Positions 7,979 to 18,080 of a stretch of 64,000 nt of DNA are shown here, one piece after another. The stretch spans positions 6,091 through 70,090 of the forward strand of contig DATEHG010000069.1 of the NCBI GenBank assembly GCA_035279705.1, in the 5' to 3' direction. The position numbers and the translations under genes were made by a program. Each line of letters opens with the position of its first letter. Positions within the stretch are counted from its first letter, which is position 1. The notes beneath the pieces were generated by a model. It worked only from the letters and a program-made list of their open reading frames with translations. It searched no databases and was not told where the DNA came from. Source of the DNA: Gemmatimonadales bacterium. Its GTDB lineage: Bacteria; Gemmatimonadota; Gemmatimonadetes; Gemmatimonadales; GWC2-71-9.

Positions 7979-9475
7979 ATGAGCGATGGACTCGTGCAGC
8001 TGGTGCGTGACTGGACCATCCGCCGGAAGATTCTGACCGGCTTTTCGCTCGTGCTGCTGATTACCGCGCTGCTGGGCTGGATCTCCTGGCGAGAGCTCGA
8101 ACGGATGCGTACCGCGGCCGGCGCCGCCGCGCGCGGCGAGATCACCGGCGCGGTACTGGACCAGTTGAGCCAGGGCAGCAGTCTCTGGATCCTGGCTCTG
8201 GTCGCCACGGCGGTGCTCGTGGGCCTGGCCCTTGCCCTCTTCCTGGCCAGGATCATCGGCGATCCGCTGACCAACCTCGGCATCCTGGCGGAACAGGTCT
8301 CCAAGGGAGACTTGAGCAAGGACATCGTCAGCCGCTCCCGGGACGAGATCGGCTGGCTGGAACACTCGATGCGGACGATGGTCAAGAATCTGCGCCAGAT
8401 CGTCGGCCAGATTGCCGCTTCCTCGGCGGCGGCGGCCACGACGGCCGAGCAGGTCTCGGCCGCGGCCACCCAGATGGCCCGCGGAGCCGAGGCCCAGTCG
8501 AGTTCGACCGAGGAGACGTCCGCCACGATGGTCGAGATGGCCGCGCAGATGCAGGCGCTGGCCCGCAACGCCGAGGCCCTGGCCGCCAACGTGGATGAGA
8601 CCTCGACCTCGATTCACGAGATGAGCACCGTCCTGGGGCAGACTTCGAAGAACGGCGAAGGACTGCTCCAGGCGGTCGAGGAGGCCATGGGCCGTCTCAG
8701 CCAGATGATCGAGAACATGACGCGTATCGCCGCCCGGGTGCACGAGGTCGACGAGGTCTCCAAGCGTTCCGCCGGCGAGGTGCGTGGCGGCGGGGAGCGG
8801 CTGCACAACTCCATCGGCCTGATCGGCGAGCGCTCCGAGGAAATCGGCAAGATCATCCGGGTCATCGACGACATTGCCGATCAGACCAACCTCCTGGCCC
8901 TCAATGCCACGATCGAGGCCGCCCGCGCCGGAGACGCCGGCAAGGGATTCGCCGTCGTGGCCGACGAGGTCCGCCGCCTGGCGGAGCGCTCGGCCCAGGC
9001 CACCCAGGAGATCGGCGACCTGATCGAAACCGTTCAGAAGGAAACCCGCAGCGCGGTGCAGCTGATGGAGCAGGTCCTGTCAGGCATCGTCGGCTCGATC
9101 GATCGGACCTCCACCCTGGTGGGCGAAGTCGCCGGCTCCGCCGAATCGCAGGCCACCGATGCCCGGCAGGTCTTGCAGGCCGCGGGCAACATGTCCGCGC
9201 TGACCCGCCAGATCTCCAACTCGATCCGGGAAAATGCCGCGGGCGCCCGCGAGGTCACCCAGGCGGCGGAGAAGATGAACCAGCTCACCCACCAGATGTC
9301 CGAAGCCGTCGCCGAGCAGCGCCGCGGCGGTGAGATGGTGGTCAAGGCGGTCGAGTCGATCGCCCTGGTGTCCCGGCAGAATCTGGTGGCGGTGGAGCAG
9401 CTCACCGGTGCGGCCAAGTCCCTGGCCTCGGAGTCCGAGGCGCTCAAACAGCGCGTCGGATCCTTCACGATCTGA
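7979..9475 (+). CDS. Methyl-accepting chemotaxis protein (2 TM, approximately 30-aa outer loop, HAMP, signalling domain)
   Basis: 498-aa ORF with a HAMP segment and the conserved signalling hairpin [41 protein letters not shown] see no recognisable periplasmic ligand-binding domain. Confidence 0.9.
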   Translation: MSDGLVQLVRDWTIRRKILTGFSLVLLITALLGWISWRELERMRTAAGAAARGEITGAVLDQLSQGSSLWILALVATAVLVGLALALFLARIIGDPLTNLGILAEQVSKGDLSKDIVSRSRDEIGWLEHSMRTMVKNLRQIVGQIAASSAAAATTAEQVSAAATQMARGAEAQSSSTEETSATMVEMAAQMQALARNAEALAANVDETSTSIHEMSTVLGQTSKNGEGLLQAVEEAMGRLSQMIENMTRIAARVHEVDEVSKRSAGEVRGGGERLHNSIGLIGERSEEIGKIIRVIDDIADQTNLLALNATIEAARAGDAGKGFAVVADEVRRLAERSAQATQEIGDLIETVQKETRSAVQLMEQVLSGIVGSIDRTSTLVGEVAGSAESQATDARQVLQAAGNMSALTRQISNSIRENAAGAREVTQAAEKMNQLTHQMSEAVAEQRRGGEMVVKAVESIALVSRQNLVAVEQLTGAAKSLASESEALKQRVGSFTI

Positions 9476-11511
9476 TGCTCGAAGAGGAGTCGGCCGCCCT
9501 CGGCCGTCGGCTGGCCGGCCTGGCGGAAGCCTCCGACCTGCCCGCCCGCGATCGCCTGATCCTGTCCGGCCTCGAGGCGTCCGGCGCTCAGGAGCGGGAG
9601 GTGGCGATCGCGTGGGCGGCGCGATGCTTCGAACCGCCCCGGCTGACCGGACTGGTGGCCGACGAGGCCAACGCCGCGCTGCGCAACGGCGCGCTCGAGG
9701 CGTTGCGCCGGCAGGGCCCCTACGCGCTTGAGCACCTGCACAGCCGTCTGGACGGCGACGATCCCGACCTGGTGATGTTCTCGGTCCAGACTCTCGCCCT
9801 GATCGGGTCACCCGCCAGCATTCCCGCCCTGCTGCCCCTGCTTCGCCACACCGCCAGCAATGTGGTGCAGGTATCCGCCGAGGCGCTGGGCGGGCTCAGG
9901 GCCAGGGCGGCGGTGCCTGGTTTGATCGAGCTGCTGCGGGGTGATCTCTGGCTGCAGCTGGCGGCCATCGAAGCCCTCGGTTCGATCGGGGACGCCCGGG
10001 CAGTCGGTCCCCTGCTGAGCCTCTATCCGGACGGGCCGCTGGCTGAGCCGGTCGCGGGGGCGCTGGGCCGGATCGCGGCTCCGGAGGCGGCACCGGCCCT
10101 GGTCGCGGTGCTCGGCCAGGATCGCTGGCGTCCGCTCTGGCCGGCCACGCTGGTGGCCACGGCCGCCTCGATCAGCACCGCCTCCGATCCTGCCAGCGTG
10201 GTGGGGCCGCTGAACCCGCTGCTCGATCAGGGGGAGCTGGCCGATTTCTTCCTGGCTGCCCTCGGGGGACAGTCGCGGGACGCCGGAGATCCGGGCGCGG
10301 CCGCGGGGACCATTCGCGATGACCGCCGCCAGGCCCGTGGAGGTGGTACTCAGCAGCGTGCGGCGGCCTTGCTTGCCCTCGCCTCGGCGGTGCGGAGACA
10401 GGTCCGCGCCGTCATGGCACTGGGTGCCGAGACGGACTGGGCCGATTGGCTCGCCCCCCAAGCAGACCGCTTCGCGAAGGGACTCGGGGTGCTGGCCGGA
10501 CCGCTGCTCACGGATGCCGACCCCCTGGTCAGGGCGGGTGCTCTGCGCGTGCTCCCGGCCGGCGTCTTGAGCACCTCGAAGGTCGAGGCCTGCCTCCAGG
10601 ATCCTCAGCAGGAAGTCCGGACAGCGGCTTGCCTGGCGCTGGGGCGCCTGCAGGATCCGACCGCGGTTCCGGCTTTGCTGGACCGGCTCCGCACTGGTTC
10701 ACCTGCCGAGCGAACCGCCGCCGCGGCCGCGCTGAGTGCGGTGCCCGGGGCCGAGGTTCAGGACGCCCTGGCTTCGTGCCTGGCGCCCGAAACCCCGCGC
10801 GAGGTCATGCTGGCCGCGCTTTCGGCACTCGAACGGGCCGGTGGCCCGTCCATCGAGAGCCGATTGCTCGAATTGGCCCGTTCCCCTGCGGTCGAGGTGC
10901 GCCGCGGTGCGCTGCGCGCGCTGGCACCACTCCCCGGCGGCAAGGGCGAAGTGGCGCTGCTTCGGGCACTGGCCGATCGGGATTCGGGCGTCCAGACCCT
11001 GGCCCTGGACCTGCTCGTGAAACGGGGCGGTGAACATGTGCTCCGCACCTTTCTGATGATGCTGCAGGCAAACGATTCGCTCCGCTATCACGTGATCCGG
11101 GCGCTGGGCCGGCTGGGAGCACCCGAGGCGGCGCCGGCACTGCAGACGCTGTATCCCGGCTGCCAGCTGCACGAGCGGCTGGAAATCCTCACCGCACTGG
11201 GCCGCCTAGGCGCTCCGGGCCGCCAGCAGTTCCTGCGGCAGCAGCTCCACGACAGCGAGATTGATATCAGGCGCGCCGCGGCCTGGGCGGTCGCGGAGAG
11301 TGCCCGGGCCGACGATCTGCCGCTGCTGGAAGAAATGGCCCGGGACGCCGACTGGGCCCTGCGGGGTGAGGCCGCACGTGGACTGGGCCGGAGCGGCGCG
11401 GATGCCGCGCGGCCACTGCTGCTCGATCTGGCCCGTGATCTCGAGCGGGTCGTGGCCGGGGTGGCGGTCCGGGCCCTGGAGGCCGCGTCGCCAGGAAGGA
11501 GCCCCGGGTGA
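9475..11511 (+). CDS. HEAT-repeat (PBS-lyase-like) protein embedded in the che operon
   Basis: 678-aa ORF with many repeats of the type A..ALG.LG...A.P.L..LL.D.d..VR..A. Its start overlaps the mcp stop (TGATG). Confidence 0.8.
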   Translation: MLEEESAALGRRLAGLAEASDLPARDRLILSGLEASGAQEREVAIAWAARCFEPPRLTGLVADEANAALRNGALEALRRQGPYALEHLHSRLDGDDPDLVMFSVQTLALIGSPASIPALLPLLRHTASNVVQVSAEALGGLRARAAVPGLIELLRGDLWLQLAAIEALGSIGDARAVGPLLSLYPDGPLAEPVAGALGRIAAPEAAPALVAVLGQDRWRPLWPATLVATAASISTASDPASVVGPLNPLLDQGELADFFLAALGGQSRDAGDPGAAAGTIRDDRRQARGGGTQQRAAALLALASAVRRQVRAVMALGAETDWADWLAPQADRFAKGLGVLAGPLLTDADPLVRAGALRVLPAGVLSTSKVEACLQDPQQEVRTAACLALGRLQDPTAVPALLDRLRTGSPAERTAAAAALSAVPGAEVQDALASCLAPETPREVMLAALSALERAGGPSIESRLLELARSPAVEVRRGALRALAPLPGGKGEVALLRALADRDSGVQTLALDLLVKRGGEHVLRTFLMMLQANDSLRYHVIRALGRLGAPEAAPALQTLYPGCQLHERLEILTALGRLGAPGRQQFLRQQLHDSEIDIRRAAAWAVAESARADDLPLLEEMARDADWALRGEAARGLGRSGADAARPLLLDLARDLERVVAGVAVRALEAASPGRSPG

Positions 11512-12338
11512 GTCCCGGGGAGGAACTCGAGTGGAAGCTGCTCACCGACCTGCTTGAAGCCCGATACGGGCTGGTCTTTCCCGGAGTCCGGCTCGACATT
11601 CTCCGGGCCCGCCTCAACGCCCGGCTGGCCGCGCTGCACCTCGACACCTTCCTCGACTACTACCACTACCTGCGGTCCCATCCCGATCGTGAAGCCGAGT
11701 TTGTCGAAGTGGTGCGGCGCACCACCAACAACGAGACCTACTTTCTTCGGGAGCCGCACCACTTCGACATCGTGGTGCGCCATGTCATCCCCGCCCTGGG
11801 CACGGCGCTGCGCCAGCGGCCCCTGCGGGTACTCTCGGCCGCCTGTTCCTCCGGCGAAGAGCCGTATTCGCTGGTGATCGCGCTGCAGCACGCCGGCGTG
11901 GAGTTGAACGGAGTGCAGTGGCAGATCGACGCCTGCGATCTCAATGTCGATCGTCTCGAGCAGGCCCGGCGGGCCACGTACGAGGCCGGCTCGCTCCGGG
12001 CCTGCTCCGAGGAGGACAAGGCGAGACTGTTTACGGCCGAGGGCAATCGCTTCGTGCTCAAGGAGCGCTACCGCAAAGGCGTCCGCTTCGTCGAGGCCAA
12101 TCTGGCGCTGCCGTTCAGCGGCCTGGGCGCCCAGTCCTACGATGCGATCTTCTGTCGCAACCTGCTCATCTACCTGAGTGAAATGGCCATCCGGACGCTG
12201 ATCGACCGGTTTGCCAGGCTGCTGCCGCCGGGTGGACTCCTGCTGCTGGGTCACTCGGAGTCTCTCATCGACAAATCGACCGCCTTCGCGCCGGTGGTGC
12301 TCGAGGGCGTTGTGGTCTATCGCCGGGTGGCGGCATGA
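11508..12338 (+). CDS. cheR: Chemotaxis protein methyltransferase CheR
   Basis: 276-aa ORF whose GTG start overlaps the HEAT gene stop (GTGA). CheR motifs: TNNETYFLREPHHF, LRVLSAACSSGEEPYS and IFCRNLLIYL. Confidence 0.9.
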   Translation: MSPGEELEWKLLTDLLEARYGLVFPGVRLDILRARLNARLAALHLDTFLDYYHYLRSHPDREAEFVEVVRRTTNNETYFLREPHHFDIVVRHVIPALGTALRQRPLRVLSAACSSGEEPYSLVIALQHAGVELNGVQWQIDACDLNVDRLEQARRATYEAGSLRACSEEDKARLFTAEGNRFVLKERYRKGVRFVEANLALPFSGLGAQSYDAIFCRNLLIYLSEMAIRTLIDRFARLLPPGGLLLLGHSESLIDKSTAFAPVVLEGVVVYRRVAA

Positions 12339-13369
12339 GTATCCGGGTGTTCGTGGTCGACGACTCCTCGTTCGTGCGCAAGGCGCTGGCCCGGGCGCTC
12401 GCCGGCCGGGGAGACATCGTGGTCGTAGGCGAGGCCGCGACGGGGGCCGAAGCGCTGGCGGCAGTGCCGGCGGCCAACCCCGATGTCGTCACGCTGGACG
12501 TGGCGATGACCGGCATGGACGGGCTGGCCACGCTGCGGGCGTTGCTGGCCTGGCGGCCATCGCTGATCGTCATCATGCTGTCGGCCCATACCCGGGAGGG
12601 TGCCTCGGCCGCCCTGCAGGCGCTCGAGATCGGGGCGGTGGACTTCATCGACAAGACCGCGCTGCGATTGATGGACCTCGATCACGTGGGCCATGAACTG
12701 CAGGAGCGCATCGAGGCCTGGCGTCCCCGGATGAGCGGTCCCGCCCGGCCGCGAGGACAAACGGTCCGGCCGGCAGTGTCCGCGCCGGCCACGGGAGACC
12801 TGACCCGCATCGAGCTGTGTGTGATCGGCGCCAGCACGGGCGGGCCGCCGGCATTGCAGCATCTGCTGGAGCGGCTGCCCGCCGACTTTCCGCTCCCCGT
12901 TGCCATTGTCCAGCACATGCCGGCGGGATTTACCGCGCCCTTTGCGGAGCGGCTCAACGCGCTCTGCCGGCTCACGGTGTCCGAGGCCCGGGAGGGCGAG
13001 GTGCTGAGCCCCGGAAAAGTCCTGATTGCCCCGGCGGGCAGGCACCTCCGGATCGGTACACGTTTGCGCGCGCTGCTCGACGAGGATGGGGCGGGGGCCA
13101 CGCATGTTCCCAGTGTCGACGTGCTCATGCGGTCCGCCAGTGAAGTGCGGCCCGGAGCCACGCTCGGAATTCTGCTCACGGGAATGGGGGACGACGGGGC
13201 GGACGGGATGTGCCGGATCAGGGCGTCCGGAGGTTTCACGGTCGGTGAGAGCGAAGCCTCCTGCGCGGTGTTCGGCATGCCGCGCGCTGCCGCAATGCGG
13301 GGGGGCGTCGACCGGATGCTGAGCCTGCCGGAAATCGGGGAACTGCTGGCCGGCTTCCCCGGCCGCTGA
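12335..13369 (+). CDS. cheB: Protein-glutamate methylesterase CheB (REC plus methylesterase)
   Basis: 344-aa ORF with an ATGA overlap with cheR. N-terminal REC (VVDDS…LDVAMTGMDG) followed by the CheB catalytic domain (IGASTGGPPAL…VQHMPAGFT…LTGMGDDGA). Confidence 0.9.
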   Translation: MSIRVFVVDDSSFVRKALARALAGRGDIVVVGEAATGAEALAAVPAANPDVVTLDVAMTGMDGLATLRALLAWRPSLIVIMLSAHTREGASAALQALEIGAVDFIDKTALRLMDLDHVGHELQERIEAWRPRMSGPARPRGQTVRPAVSAPATGDLTRIELCVIGASTGGPPALQHLLERLPADFPLPVAIVQHMPAGFTAPFAERLNALCRLTVSEAREGEVLSPGKVLIAPAGRHLRIGTRLRALLDEDGAGATHVPSVDVLMRSASEVRPGATLGILLTGMGDDGADGMCRIRASGGFTVGESEASCAVFGMPRAAAMRGGVDRMLSLPEIGELLAGFPGR

Positions 13370-13387
13370 GCAGCGCCCCGCGCCCCG

Positions 13388-14776
13388 TCAGAGCAGGGTG
13401 CCGCGCAGTACCAGGAGGCCGACCGAAAAGAAGATGATCAGCCCTGTGACGTCGACCAGCGTGGCCACGAACGGCGCCGAAGCGCTGGCGGGGTCGAAGC
13501 CGACGCGGCGGAGTACAAAGGGCAGCATCGAGCCCGCCAGCGAACCGAACAGCACCACGCCCACCAGCGCCAGCGCCACCGTCGTGGCGACCAGCCGGTA
13601 GTGATCGCCGTAATCGTACCAGCCCAGGTGCTGCCAGAGGATGATCCGGAAAAAGCCGATGACCCCGAGGATGCAGCCCAGGATGAATCCCGAGGGCAGC
13701 TCGCGGACGGCTACCCGCCACCAGTCCTTGAGCGTCACCTCCTGCAGGGCCATCGCGCGGATGATGAGGGACGTGGCCTGCGAGCCGCTGTTGCCCCCCG
13801 AACTGATGATGAGCGGAATGAACAGCGCCAGCACCACGGCCTTGCTGATCTCGTGCTCGAAATGTCCCATGGCCGTGGCGGTGAGCATTTCGCCCAGGAA
13901 GAGGGCGCAGAGCCAGCCGGCCCGTTTCTGGATCATCTTGCTCAGCCCGATTTCCATGTACGGCTCGTCCAGCGCTTCCATGCCGCCGAACTTCTGCACG
14001 TCTTCCGTCGTCTCGGAAATCAGGGTGTCGATGATGTCGTCTACCGTCACGATGCCGAGTATCTGGCCGCCTTCATTGACCACGGGAATGGCGAGCAGGT
14101 TGTACTTCGAGATCAGCCGGGCCACTTCTTCCCGGTCGATCAGGGGCCGGGTCGTGACCGGCTTGCGCCGCTCGCCGATCTCGAGGACCGGGGTTTCGGA
14201 CGCCACCATGATCACCTCGCGCAGCGAGATGACGTGCTGCAGCCGCTGGTCCTTCTCGTCGACCACGTAGATGGCGTAGACGGTTTCCTTGGCACTGCCG
14301 ACTTCGGTGATGAACTTGCGCACCTGCAGCGCCGTCCAGCTGCCGGGGACGCTCAGAAATTCCGTCGTCATGATGCCGCCCGCGCTGGTGGGCGGATAGT
14401 TGAGCAGCTGGCGGAGCAGGTCCCGGGTCGGAGCGTCGATCAGGTGCCCCAGCCGCTCCCGGTCGGGATCGCCCAGCTCGCGGATGAGGCCGACCTGCTG
14501 GTCGGACGACATCGCCGAGATGATCGGCCCGAGCACCTCGTTGGGGAGATGGGTGACGATGCCGGCCCGGTCGGTCAGCTCCGGCTCGTCGAAGACCTGG
14601 ACCGCGAGGTGGAACGGCAGCGCCCGCACCACCTGCGCCGCGCCCTCGGGCGGCAGCTGGCTCAGCGCCTCGGCGATGTCCGCCGGCTGCATGTTCTGAC
14701 TGGCTTCGAGAAAATCGTCCTCGTCGCCGGACAGGAGATACAGCAGCTCAGGGGTCGGAGCGTCGGAGGTGGGCAT
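13388..14776 (-). CDS. mgtE: Magnesium transporter MgtE
   Basis: 462-aa ORF with the MgtE N-domain, tandem CBS domains and a C-terminal TM domain (…IPLIISSGGNSGSQ…PFVATLVDVTG…). Confidence 0.9.
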   Translation of the reverse strand: MPTSDAPTPELLYLLSGDEDDFLEASQNMQPADIAEALSQLPPEGAAQVVRALPFHLAVQVFDEPELTDRAGIVTHLPNEVLGPIISAMSSDQQVGLIRELGDPDRERLGHLIDAPTRDLLRQLLNYPPTSAGGIMTTEFLSVPGSWTALQVRKFITEVGSAKETVYAIYVVDEKDQRLQHVISLREVIMVASETPVLEIGERRKPVTTRPLIDREEVARLISKYNLLAIPVVNEGGQILGIVTVDDIIDTLISETTEDVQKFGGMEALDEPYMEIGLSKMIQKRAGWLCALFLGEMLTATAMGHFEHEISKAVVLALFIPLIISSGGNSGSQATSLIIRAMALQEVTLKDWWRVAVRELPSGFILGCILGVIGFFRIILWQHLGWYDYGDHYRLVATTVALALVGVVLFGSLAGSMLPFVLRRVGFDPASASAPFVATLVDVTGLIIFFSVGLLVLRGTLL

Positions 14777-14904
14777 GGACGGCCGCGAAGTGGCGGGTGA
14801 CCGATGGTACGACTGCCGGGGAATTCCTTACGCGGCCCGGTGCACCGCGGCACCGGGATGCCGGCCGCCTGGCGGCGGCCGGCCGGTGCGGCCCTGCCTG
14901 TCGG

Positions 14905-15267
14905 CTACTGCGGAATGACGGTTTCGTCTCCCGTCTTGCCATCCCGGATCGGGACGACTCCCGCCCGCCAGCCGCTCTTGAACTGGACCGTCAGGCGGTG
15001 ACCCTGCGAATCGGCCACGATATTGACCACCTCGGGGAACTTCTTCGCATAGGTCATGGCGATCTCGGCCTGGTTGCCGCTGCCCGAGTTGTAGGGCCGG
15101 GCAAACTCGCGGCCGATGGCCACGCTGATCGCCTGCTCCCGCCCGTACCGGGCGAACTGGTCCGGCGGCACCAGCCCGGCCTGATTGCTGACGGGGCCTT
15201 CGTAGTCATAGGAACGGCAGCCAGCCAGCGCCAGAGCCAGAAGCAGGGCGGTCGAAGTACGGATCAT
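14905..15267 (-). CDS. Hypothetical lipoprotein
   Basis: Internal ATG 15267 of ORF 14905..15672: MIRTSTALLLALALAGC (lipobox). 120 aa. Confidence 0.6.
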   Translation of the reverse strand: MIRTSTALLLALALAGCRSYDYEGPVSNQAGLVPPDQFARYGREQAISVAIGREFARPYNSGSGNQAEIAMTYAKKFPEVVNIVADSQGHRLTVQFKSGWRAGVVPIRDGKTGDETVIPQ

Positions 15268-15319
15268 CGGTCTCGACTCATGAATGGGGCCGGCCGGAGC
15301 GGCCGGATGAACTGCCACG

Positions 15320-16312
15320 CTAGCGGATCGACTCGGCACTGGCAAGAGGGGCGTCGTCCGGTCCGCCCGATTCCGCACACTGCAGGTCATGCCCGCTCCG
15401 CACATGCGGCACGAGGACGCTGACCCCGAGGCCCACCGCCAGCCCGGCGAGCGCGTCGACACCGTAATGGATCTGGCTGTAGACCACGCCGAAGAAGATC
15501 CCGATCGTCGGGAAGAGCAGGATCCAGCCCAGCGGCTTGGACCCCCGGAACGCGAAGATGGTCGCCACCACGGAGACGGCGACGTGGCTCGAGGGAAACG
15601 CCGAGCCGTACGCGTCCCCCCGGAGCACGATGCTTTCGGCCCATTGGGCCGGCCAGATCTGGGTCGCGGCATTGTCCGGGAACGGCCAGTAGTAGAGAGG
15701 ACCGGCCACCGGAAAGAGGAGGAATACCGCGTAACAGACGAAGAAACAGAAGGAGGCGGCGAAGATGGCCTGGCGGGCTTCTCCCCTCTTGCGGGTGAAC
15801 CAGAAGCCGAGCGGGGCCGCGATGACCAGGACGTAATAGGAGATGTAGCTGAGATGCAGGATCGCCGAGAGGACGGGATTGGGCATGGCCCGGATCCAGT
15901 CGTAGGCCACCATCCGTCCGAAGATGTCGAGTTCCCATCCCTGCACCAGGCCGTCGAACGTATGGATGGCGCCGGAGGTGCTGTTGAGCAGGCCGATCGT
16001 CGAGTAGAGACTCCCCATTACGATCGCGGGATACCACTCCGCGAGGAAGCTGTGGGTCCGCGCCCGCGCCCGTGAGATCGGCGCCAGGATGGCCAGGGTA
16101 ATGACCAGCAGGTGCGCCACCAGCAGCCACACCGTTTCCGTCGCCGTCGGCGAGGCGCCGCGCCAGCCCATGAAGTGCGCGATGAGAACGATCGTCGCAA
16201 TACAGATGTACCCGACGGTCAGCCGGTCCAGGGAGTCAACCCGAGGCACCCGCCGGCGCTCGACGAAAGGGGAAGCGGCCGCGGCGGTTCCGGCAGAGTC
16301 GTGGGATTCCAT
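15320..16312 (-). CDS. PAP2 superfamily membrane phosphatase
   Basis: Multi-TM ORF with PAP2 motifs AFPSSHVA and SQIHYGVDALAG. The start is ATG 16312 or TTG 16324. Confidence 0.75.
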   Translation of the reverse strand: MESHDSAGTAAAASPFVERRRVPRVDSLDRLTVGYICIATIVLIAHFMGWRGASPTATETVWLLVAHLLVITLAILAPISRARARTHSFLAEWYPAIVMGSLYSTIGLLNSTSGAIHTFDGLVQGWELDIFGRMVAYDWIRAMPNPVLSAILHLSYISYYVLVIAAPLGFWFTRKRGEARQAIFAASFCFFVCYAVFLLFPVAGPLYYWPFPDNAATQIWPAQWAESIVLRGDAYGSAFPSSHVAVSVVATIFAFRGSKPLGWILLFPTIGIFFGVVYSQIHYGVDALAGLAVGLGVSVLVPHVRSGHDLQCAESGGPDDAPLASAESIR

Positions 16313-16444
16313 CGTGCCTAACAATAGAGCGGATTTCGCCGCGGCCCAAGCACCCCCGGCCGGGACCGCTGAATGAAGCCGGGTCGCTGAAACGCCGAGG
16401 GGCGGCCGGCCGGCCGCCCCTCGGCGTGGAAGTTCACGCCGCGG

Positions 16445-17680
16445 TCACGCCGCCAGGGCGCTGCCGGCGAGGGAATGAGGCACCGGATCGATCACTCCGG
16501 TCTGCTCGTCCCGGATGTGCCACGCCATGCCGAACTCGGGCAGGCGCTGGAGGAACGGGTCGGGATTCAGCTCCTCCGGCGAGCGTACCCCCGGCATGAA
16601 CCAGGGCCCCTCGGCCATCAGCACCGCCGCCAGCACGGGCGGGATCCCGGTCTGATAGGCGGTGGCTTGAACCCCCATCTCGCGGTAGACCGTGTCATGG
16701 TCTGCGATGTTGTAGAGGTAGTAGGCCCGCTCGATGCCGTCCTTGATGCCCCGCGCCAGGGTGCCGACGCAGGTCTTGCCGTGCAGCCGGCCCGCCAGGT
16801 CCTTGGGATGCGGCAGCAGGGAAACCACCACGTCCCTGGGTGCCACCTCGACGCCGCCCACCGCCACCTTGTCGGTCCGCGAAATGCCAAGCTGCTTCAT
16901 GACCTTGAGCGTCTGCCAGGTCACCTCATCCATGCAGAGCTTGAAGTCCGCCACTTCGAGGCCGCCGATGAACCGGGGGAGGGTGCGGGCCTCCTCATGG
17001 TCGACGTAGTAGGTGTTGAGGACGCCGAGCTCGGGGAAGTTGAACGGCTCGTAGCCGGAGAGGGCCGGCTCGAGATGGAATTTCCCGTCGCGCCAGGCAA
17101 TCGCGCCGCAGAGGCATTCGTCGATGAATACCCAGGGGCTGAAGGCGGCCAGGAATCCGTCGTGACCCTGGCAGACCGAGTTGTCGCCGTCCCGGATGTG
17201 GAGGTGAGTCACCCGGTCGAGCAGATGCCTGGCGGCATAGGCCGCATAGACATTGCTGGTCCCCGGATCCGCGCCCATGCCGAGCAGCGCCATGCGCCCG
17301 GCCGCCCGGAATTCGGCATCGAGGGCAAACTGGTCATCCAGTTTCGGGATGCCGTCGTCGGCCGCACCGCCGCTCGCCATGTCGATGTAATCGCAGCCGG
17401 CTTCGAGGCAGGCGCGCATGACCACCAGGTTGGTGGCGGGGAGAGCGGCATTGAGGAGGAGCGTCGTTCCGCTGTCACGGATGGCGCGGACCAGTTCGGC
17501 GCCATTGCTGGCGTCGAGCGCCATGGCACGGACCCGGGAATCGTTGACGCGGCTGGCCAGCGCCTCGGCACGGCTGGCGACGAAATCGGCGACGATGAGC
17601 TGCTCCACCTTCGAGATCTGCGCGAACTTCAGGACGGACACGGTACCCACCGCGCCGGAGCCCAGTACCAGGACTTTCAC
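16445..17680 (-). CDS. Saccharopine dehydrogenase family NAD(P)-binding oxidoreductase
   Basis: GTG 17680 is preceded by GAGGAG. N-terminal Rossmann motif VKVLVLGSGAVG, and the Sacchrp_dh-type length and C-terminal half. Confidence 0.8.
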   Translation of the reverse strand: MKVLVLGSGAVGTVSVLKFAQISKVEQLIVADFVASRAEALASRVNDSRVRAMALDASNGAELVRAIRDSGTTLLLNAALPATNLVVMRACLEAGCDYIDMASGGAADDGIPKLDDQFALDAEFRAAGRMALLGMGADPGTSNVYAAYAARHLLDRVTHLHIRDGDNSVCQGHDGFLAAFSPWVFIDECLCGAIAWRDGKFHLEPALSGYEPFNFPELGVLNTYYVDHEEARTLPRFIGGLEVADFKLCMDEVTWQTLKVMKQLGISRTDKVAVGGVEVAPRDVVVSLLPHPKDLAGRLHGKTCVGTLARGIKDGIERAYYLYNIADHDTVYREMGVQATAYQTGIPPVLAAVLMAEGPWFMPGVRSPEELNPDPFLQRLPEFGMAWHIRDEQTGVIDPVPHSLAGSALAA

Positions 17681-18080
17681 AAACTCCTCTTTTCGGGTCT
17701 GGCGGGACTCGGTCTGGTCCCCCCTGCATGGCCCGCCGCGGGCCTGAAGGGTTTGTCCGGGACCTCGCCCCCCCCGCCGTTGGGGGTCGCAGCTCAAGGG
17801 TATAGGTCAGCTGCGAGTGAGGATCCTCCGCGTTGTCGGAGGATGCAAACACGCCACCCGCTTCTGGAGCAGGCGCCGCACAGCCACTCTAACCCACCCC
17901 CCCCACCCTCTGTCCAGCCCCCCTCAGGGTCACGGATTTGGCGTCATTCCGCCAAATTCGGGGGCAAGATGATGGGGCTAGCAGGCTTGACGGGGGTGGA
18001 AGGCGGCCCGTAACAGCCTGAATTATAGGCTGATTATCGGTCACTTTGGGATCTGCGGGGTACTGCGACGACTGCAGGCG

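Noticed and set aside
6752-8806. 684-aa ORF on the minus strand
   Set aside because: It lies antisense to cheA, cheW and the mcp, which have unambiguous domain content. Its translation is an Arg/Gly/His/Pro-rich low-complexity sequence typical of antisense frames in high-GC DNA. The same reasoning applies to 1862..3181, 5657..6751, 13601..14800, 16475..18013, 21595..22848, 24626..25930, 29897..30778, 31804..32940, 32994..34379, 40771..42342, 51872..53560, 60069..61439 and similar entries.
14777-14904. M-box (Mg2+) riboswitch upstream of mgtE
   Set aside because: Only 128 nt separate mgtE from the upstream gene, which is shorter than a typical M-box plus promoter. I could find only one hairpin (CCCGGTGC-ACCGCG-GCACCGGG), not the multi-helix M-box architecture. 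A covariance-model scan would be needed to be certain.
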